Assembly: GCF_009914755.1 (NCBI RefSeq)
Contig: NC_060930.1
Reading direction: 5' to 3' (one strand)
Length of the DNA: 64,000 nt
Origin: the human T2T-CHM13v2.0 reference genome, Homo sapiens
A program made the position numbers and the translations under genes. This document shows, one piece after another, positions 56,500 to 64,000 of this stretch (the stretch's first letter is position 1; each line of letters starts with the position of its first letter). The notes under the pieces were generated by a model that was not told the DNA's origin, made no database searches, and worked only from the letters and a program-made list of their open reading frames with translations.

Positions 56500-57640
56500 T
56501 TGCTCTAGCCATATCTAAAATTCTGATTGTCATCATAAAGGCACTCATTCTTCTAGATAATCTTTTATTCTCACTTTGAAGTCTCTCACCAGTCATTCTA
56601 TTTTCCTCCAATAACGTTAACTGGGAGTAATAGTTTCTATATGCCAAGAAATGACAAATCTCTGTGTCCATCCAAGATCCCTCTCCAGAGCCTCACATAG
56701 ATATGCCTAATCTACCCAAAATTGAATTTAGGATTTACTTCCTAAAACGTACTCTTCCATATTTTTTAATTTTCTTGTTATTAAGTGTCAGCAAAACCAA
56801 TTGTTTTAATCAGAATCTAGGAAATTTTCCTTTATTCCTTTCCCTTCTTCATCTCCAACATCTAATCAACAGGTGAATCCAACAGATTCTACCCCTGCAT
56901 ATCTCCACAGTTGTCTCCATTCCCAAACCTAGTTTAAAACACTATAGTCTCTTGTCTGGATCTCTATATTGTTTAGCAGCTTCCAACATTGCCTCCTTAC
57001 CCTCTCTCTTTCTTGCTTTTAATCTATTATTTGAATGAATTCAGATATCCAAGTAAATCAAATTATGTAATTCACTGTCTAAAATTCTAATTGTTTTCCA
57101 CCGTCTTAAGATAAAATCCAACCACGTTAACATGAATTTTAAGCTCCTTGACAATGGAACTCCTAGCTACCTTATAACCATAGTTTTCAGTTACACTGAA
57201 ATTTTAATTCTTAAATTCTGGTAGAGTTTCACCTGCTAGATTTAACATATCTTGTCTCCAATCTCTGAAAAACTCATTTTTTTCCAGTTTATGTGTATGT
57301 GTATGTGTACATGCACAAACACACACACACACAATTCAAGTGTATGTGTATTTATATGTATGTGTATGTACTCAATCCTTCAAGTCTTTATTTCATTTTT
57401 TTTTAAATCAAGATATTTTTAGATCCCGCAGCCTGAATTATGCCCATGTTAAACCCTTTCATGGCACTCGATGTTTTCCTCCATAGTACTTGTCAGTATT
57501 CGCATCTAGGCATTTATTTCTCAGATTACTCATTTAACAGTGATTTCATTCCCTCCCCTGACCTGAGGAAACTTCAGATTTCGTAATATACTACATTACC
57601 TGGCTCACAATCATAGATCAAGTATTAACTAAACACCTAA
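56500..57640 (+). mobile_element. L2
   Basis: atatgccaagaaatgacaaatctctgtgtcca...ccaaaattgaatt...tagtctcttgtctgga...cctggctcacaatcatag. Confidence 0.65.
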
Positions 57641-57754
57641 TAAGCTCCAGACACCACTCTTGGCACCTTAGGTGCACCGATAAACTAAACAGACAAAAAT
57701 ACCTGCCCTCAAGGGAAAGACAAAAATAGATATAACAAATAAAAAGGAGGAGCA

Positions 57755-58000
57755 TGATATAGGGTTTAGGAGATGAGCTTTGGTACCATATTGCCTAGGT
57801 TCATATCACAGCCCATCAACTTCCTCGCTCTGGGACTTTTACAAGTTTCTTAACTCTTGGTGCCTGTTTCCTTATTATAAAACAGAGATAATAGTATCTA
57901 CTTCATAAGATTATTAGGAAAATTAAATGATATAACATGATAAAGATTTAAGTATAGTGTCCAGCATATATTAAGCATCATATAAGTGTTTGTTAAATAA
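57755..58000 (+). mobile_element. MIR
   Basis: ttgcctaggttca...tttcttaactcttggtgcctgtttccttattataaaacagagataatagtatctacttcataag. Confidence 0.75.
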
Positions 58001-60399
58001 AAATGTGTATCACGTGTTATGTTGAAAATACGTATATTTTATTTTTTTTTAATGAGCATGGTAAAGGGGACTGAGAATAGAAAATGGAGAAGGCAGTGTT
58101 GGCTGTCATAAAGCCAAGATTCTAAAGAGATTGCATCCTCATTGAAAGGGTAAACTGGAAAAAAGTCGATCAGTTAGAAAGAGAACTCATCAGGGAATCT
58201 TATTTGGTTTGGCCAGCTCAAGGTGGAAAAAAGATAATGATAATGCTTTCCTCAGAGAATTTGTAACCAAAAAACTGTTCTCATAAGACTCTGGGATTGA
58301 ATTTACATGGGAAATTACCATGGGAAACCATAACAAAATTTATACAAAATTACCATATAATAGAATTAAAATTCCATTATAGTGAAATGGAAGTGAGAAA
58401 TAGAGTGAAAAATTTCCAAAACAATGAGGATGGGGAGCTGACCAAAAAAAAAAAGTCTATCAGTTAAAAGGTCAACATTAATGTCAGATCTTGGATTTAA
58501 CTTTATCTCACAAGCTATTAACTTAATCCATTACCCTTTCATTGATGCTGGAAGAAGACATGAGACTTCCAGGACAGAAACAAGGGACTTTCTTGCTCAC
58601 AGCACAGTGAGCGACATGAACATCAACACATTCATGTCAGTTTCCCTTGCCCCCAAGTCCCACAGGAGTGGCACGATATGATCCATATAGATGTTACACA
58701 AGACTGTTCTTTGTACTAAACAGAAATATTACTTCATCTCTTAGTGTTACTACCTTCAAACCCTGAGAAATAGCCCAAATAAAGAGCAGCCGAGACCTTC
58801 TTTTCTTGGGATTCTAGCAAGAAAGTACAGGGATGGATACTCAGGGCTTTGGTGAGTTGCCTCTCCCACCAATCTACTCTGCTGCTAACACATTCTTGGC
58901 TGAAGTCAAATTTCCTTATGAGTATGCCAATTGGTTGGCCATTTGGAATAATCTTACCAGCAGAGGGTGAGAACAAATCAGTTTAATTTTTATGAAATTT
59001 TTAATTAAGACTACTAGTAACCAGAATCCAGGCATTAGGATAAAACCAATTTGTATTATTGACTGAAACTGGGCCTCCCAGAATCACAGACTCGACCAAA
59101 CATAAATAAGTCTTAGAGGGGGCCAGTAGGTCTTATTTCAGGCAGCAAGGATATAGCCTAAGACCAGTCTTTTATTTATTTCAATTCACAACCTAGATGG
59201 ACTTTCTGACTTGGGGGTTTTGCCAATAATTACTGCCCACAGAGTGGCCAGAAAGCAACCCCATCCCTAATGAAAAGATGCTCCATGGCCAGCTCTCTTA
59301 AACATATAAACATATAATCTGAAGCGACACAGGTCATTCCAGTTCAGGGTTTATTGTTAAACCTCACTTTGATCATCATTACATTGATTTGACTAAGCCA
59401 CTTGAGCCATGACCAAATAGTTGCAGCCTCTCTTGCCACTATGGCACAAGCTGAGGCCACTCAAGTATCAGAAAAAGAATATAAATTTGTATCCATTAGC
59501 CTGAAGCAAGTTAGTGCTGGCCTATACATCTTCTACATGTATAGGGCAGGGATGTGGAACTCCACGTTAGGAGCTACCACTGATGGCTTCTGAGGCATCA
59601 GAACATTTCAGGACTAGTCACGTCCACATGACTTTACATCTATTTTCATAACCCAGCAGTAGCTCAGTTATAAGTCACAACTACTGCTTAATGATTGTTT
59701 TGCCAAGCTGTGGTTTGGGATCTAAAGGACAAAGAACATTAATTGTTTTCCACTCCCTGAACCTCTCAGGGTCTAATGTGGGTATCTCTTCCTTAGGTTC
59801 TGGGGTTGTTACTGTTCTTTCAAGTTCACAAAACAAGTGTGTCTCATCCTAGTAGCTACAGCTTCACCCTTCTTCACTTACCTCCTACTTATGCCCAGAC
59901 CTTTCATCTGGCAGCTCAAGTGCAAGAGGAACATGGACAGTTTTATACAATGTACAGAGAGACTCATTATATATTCTGCCTTGGCCTACATGGGTCACTA
60001 TATCGTTCTTGGCTACCAGTGTACTCAAGCAAGTTGTCATTATTTTAATGATCTAGGATCATGTCAATCCAACAAAAGAATTCAGGTGGCTAAACCAAAA
60101 TTAAGTTTGCATATAGTAGGCCCCATTTTGGGTAGGATGTCACATGGTGTACAGATCACACTGGCCTGTATTTGCTGATAGAATAAAAAAAATCATCATG
60201 TCCAGAATGGTCAAGGTGTAATTAAAATTTTCAAAATCAGTCTACATAATCCTCCACTTCTTTCATTTGATCATTAACTGGGGAGTAATCAACAAGAAGA
60301 GAATCCTGTTTGGGCATGGCTACATTCAATGATCAAACTGCGTAAGGCTCATGGAGCAAAGAGAGAGAGGGGAGAGGTAGAGCAAGATATCCTTTTGAT

Positions 60400-61340
60400 T
60401 TGAATTTTGAGGAGTTAATTCTGCTTTTCAATAATGCTAGATGTCTGCAGCTTATAAGGAATGTGGATTGCCTGTCAAGTACGTTGATTATTAGTCCATT
60501 ATAAGTGGCCTGCTCAACAAAAGCCATAGCAATGTCGGACTGAAAATGGTCCAAAACACTGAAAACATGGCAAACCTTAGTTTGATGGGCTACCATAGTG
60601 TGACCAGAGGATGCTCATCAGATTGAAATAATATCTGACATAATTTGGGTCTGTGTCCCCAGCCCAAATCTCATGTCAAATCGTAGTCCCCAGTGTTGAA
60701 GGAGGGGGTTGGTGGGAGGTGACTGAATCATGGGGGCAGAGATCCCCCTTGCTGTTCTCATGAGTTCTCATGAGATCTTGTTTGAAAGTGTGTAGCATCC
60801 CCCGCACCCTCCACCACCCCTTCTCTTGCTTCCTCCTGCTCTGGCCATATAAGAGGTGCCTGCTTTCCCTTCACCTTCTGCCATGGTTGTAAGTTTCCTG
60901 AGGCCTCCCCAGCCATGCTTTCTGTACAGACTGCAGAACCATGAGCCAATTAAACTTCTTTTCTTTCTAAGTTACCCAGTCTCAAGTACTTCTTTATAGC
61001 AGTGAAAGAAAAGACTATTACAACATCATATCCTAAAAATGTGCCAACAGCTGTGAGGTAACACTGGTAGTTTCAACAAGGGGTCAAAGTTCAAATATAG
61101 TCAATTTTCTGGGAGCACATTAGAGTCAGTGTCCCATGCAATATGGCCTCCTTCACTGCAAGACAAATGGGCCAACTTTAGACAGGAATCATGTGCCTAG
61201 TATACAGTGGTAGCTTCTTCATAACAAATGCATAGTCCTTTATTATGTGGACAATCTGTGTGGTAGATTTCATTGCACAAGGGCCATGCCTGGTGCAATG
61301 GAAGTCCAGGTGGCCATGGTGATGCTAGACAGTACAGTCT
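60400..61340 (-). pseudogene. Decayed retroviral integrase (ERVL pol), split by THE1D
   Basis: Minus-strand translation across frameshifts: KIDYI...YLTAVGTFLGY [LTR] CHVFSVLDHFQSD...HIPYKLQTSSIIEKQN*LLK, matching DDE core motifs. Confidence 0.75.
60636..61022 (+). mobile_element. THE1D-like MaLR solo LTR
   Basis: ctgtgtccccagcccaaatctcatg...gtaagtttcctgaggcctccccagccatgc...; TSD atatc/acatc. Confidence 0.88.
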
Positions 61341-62222
61341 TGATCAGCATCCTAATTCCACTAAGTCTCTTACCTGAGCATCTACATGAGTAGCTCACAC
61401 TGATTACCATTACAATTTGTTGCCACAGTTCACACCCCAAAGAGGGCTATCTTTAACCTGGTCATCTGCAGTCTTTCAAGTAAGTGGCAGACCAGATGGT
61501 TGGGCCATCAGCAACAGCCTAAAAGTTGATAAAAATATAACAATGCTGGCCCTTGGGAGCACTGTCTATGGCAATTCAGCCCTTTGTTTTGACTTTCTTA
61601 TTCAAGTCAAACTCCCTGAGTTGTCACTGGCCCTGGATGGGCCAATGACACCTTCATCATGAATGAACCTTCATGGTTCTGTCACCTTAACCATGACATG
61701 ACAGCATTCATGAATGCTGCCAACCATTCATTGCTGTCACCTTAATCATGAATGAACCATTCTCATGCATTCAGGGAGACCTCTATAAATCCATGTTGCT
61801 GGGAGCCAGTAACTTTGTGTGGGGTGTTGAAGGGAGGGATAATGATTCCCTACAGTGAAAAGTACCACTTGTTTAACAATCAAAAGTTCCAACAGGGCCA
61901 GACTTGCTGTGTTCTTGGAAATATGATCTCCATTTGCCCAGCAAGGCCTGTTGGACCCATCCTGCTTTATCAGTCATTGACTCCAAGTTGACCTACTCTA
62001 AAATGAAAATGTCAGAGAGTTGCAAGGCCTCAATGGATGAGGCATTCAGTTTTATAAGTTATTAGCTGCAGATTAATAGGGAAAAAGAAGAGGTGATGGA
62101 GCATAAGTGGCCCCCTTGTTAGGTAGTACTTCTTTTCCTTTCTTTTCATAACCAGCATATCCTTAGCTTGATTATGCTGTGACTTAAACCTAGTCATTGG
62201 TCTAATGGCCAGGAGGATCATA

Positions 62223-62226
<4 letters not shown>

Positions 62227-62273
<47 letters not shown>
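62227..62273. repeat. (AT)23 microsatellite
   Basis: Direct reading. Confidence 0.95.
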
Positions 62274-62274
<1 letters not shown>

Positions 62275-62278
<4 letters not shown>

Positions 62279-64000
62279 ATATTGTCAAATTTATCGATAT
62301 TTGTCTTTATTGCTTTTGGATTTTAAGTCATAGTGAGATAGGTTTATAGACTCCTAAATTATACAGAAATTCACCCATTTTTTCTATTACATATATGTTT
62401 TCCTTTTTTTAGAGTTACATGCCAGATTTATTTAATATAACTCCATTATATGTTAAGAACTATAGGTTTTAATGTTGATTTAGAAATGGTCATTTTGAGA
62501 ACGACTTTTGTGGGGGCTCTCTGAACAAAAGATGAAATGACATATTGAGATTATATTAAATTTAATTGACTTGGGTAAATTACCATCTCCATGATGTATC
62601 ATCTCATCCGACTACATGGGCTTTCCTTCTTTCCTTTTGAGATGTTTTATAGTTTTCCTCAGTCAGGTTTTGTACTTTTCTTGATACATTTATTCATAGG
62701 ACTGTTACCTACAGATACAACCTTTTAGTTATAATGGGTCCTTCTATAAATTACACTGTTAGTGGGAGTTCTCCAGAAAGACAGAAATGATGTGCATGTC
62801 AGGGGGTGGGAGTGGGAGGGGTGGTGGGAGAGATCCATTTTAAGAATAGGTCACATGATGGGAGAGGCTGATAAGTTCAAAATCTGCAAAGTAGATGAGC
62901 AGCCTGGAGACCCAAGGAAGAGCTGGTACTGCACCTCAAGACCAAAGGTAGACTGCTGACATTTTCCTCTTTCTCGGGAGAGGTCTTTTTTTTTCTATTA
63001 AAAATGTGACTGATTGGATGAAGCCCACCCATATTATATAGAGTAACTTGCTTTACGTAAAGTCTGCTGATTGAAATGTTAATCTCATCTAAAAATACCT
63101 CCACCGATACACCTAGAATAGTGTTTGACCAAATATCTGGACCCTGTGGCCTGGCCATCAAGCTGACACATAAAATTAACCATCACAAGAAACTTTACTC
63201 TTAGAATATTAATTTTATATCCATATCCTGTTACTTACTCAAATATTTAATCTTTATTTCATCTCTCTCGAGAGAGAGATATCTTCCCCCCTTCCACCAT
63301 CTCCTTTTCTTTGATTTTCTGTAGTTTTGCAGATATATTTTCACAGCATCTGCAAATAGAGATAATTTTACCTTTATGCTTTCTAATTTTACCTTTATGC
63401 TTTATGCTTTCATAACATGATTATGTTAGAAAGCATAATCATTTTCTTCTGGTCTGATTTTATTTTTTAATAATTTCAACACAATGTTTAAAAATGTAGC
63501 AATAATGAGCCTCATTTACCTTTTCTCTGAATTTAATAGACACTGGTTCAACATTTTCCTATGATTTAATATATGAGTTATTTTGATATAAGAAACATCC
63601 AATCAATTTCTCTTCTATTGAGCATTTTTATTTAATTTTATGTGAATTAGGTATTTACCTGTGAAAAGATATTTAATTTTGTGTAAAAATTTTCCTGGAA
63701 ATTGTATAATTTTTTTCTCATTCTATCTATTCAATAACATGAATTATATTAATTGATTTTCTAAGTTTTTTCATCTCTGGATTACTGCAATAAATCTTAA
63801 TCATTATTCATTAATTTTAATGTGCTACTACCTCTATTATTAATATTACTTTATTTCAAATATCATCAACAGTATTTGTACAGATGAGGTTGATCTGCAG
63901 TTATACTTTATGTGAAATCATTATTGGATTTAAATATTAATATTTTGCCTGTGCATCTGTTATGTTCTATCTGGAAATCAGACACCACAGTAGGTATTCC
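62275..64000 (-). mobile_element. Old L1M ORF2 fragments
   Basis: Antisense L1 phrases (catctgcaaatagagataatttt, aataaatcttaatcatt, gaggttgatctgcagtt). Confidence 0.6.
62757..63187 (-). mobile_element. MLT2C/D-like ERVL LTR
   Basis: gttctccagaaagacagaa...atgttaatctcatctaaaaatacc...agctgacacataaaattaaccatcaca. Confidence 0.82.

Larger units (their letters stand above)
58482..62225 (-). mobile_element. ERVL proviral remnant (partial MER73/MER74-like LTR at ~58482-58700 plus internal sequence)
   Basis: LTR-like gaagacatgagact...aagggactttcttgctcacagcacag...cccttgcccccaagtcccac; integrase motifs on the minus strand; family tentative. Confidence 0.65.

Overview
AT-rich primate genomic DNA, almost certainly human given an AluYa5 with all five diagnostic bases. 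It looks intergenic or deep-intronic. I found no protein-coding exon, tRNA/rRNA or CRISPR array that I can support. The ORF track is mostly explained by decayed transposon ORFs, Alu/LTR frames and low-complexity sequence. The window is a dense, nested transposon fossil record: a long L1PB-type LINE with a tandem-repeat 5' UTR, many older L1M/L2/MIR pieces, 12 Alus, MaLR/ERVL/ERV1 LTRs and an ERVL proviral remnant with a readable integrase. It also holds DNA transposons from several groups (near-full-length Hsmar1, an extended MADE1, Tigger1, MER47-like, piggyBac MER75, two MER53). I do not see a new multi-gene system. The most unusual structures are (1) a 144-bp, ~94% identical inverted copy of nearby sequence pasted into an LTR 1.4 kb from its template, (2) an enlarged 140-bp MADE1 hairpin of miR-548 type, and (3) several palindromic micro-scars that look like template-switch repair. 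Repeat family names come from my recollection of consensus sequences, not from a search. Subfamily calls and the boundaries of old repeats are approximate.
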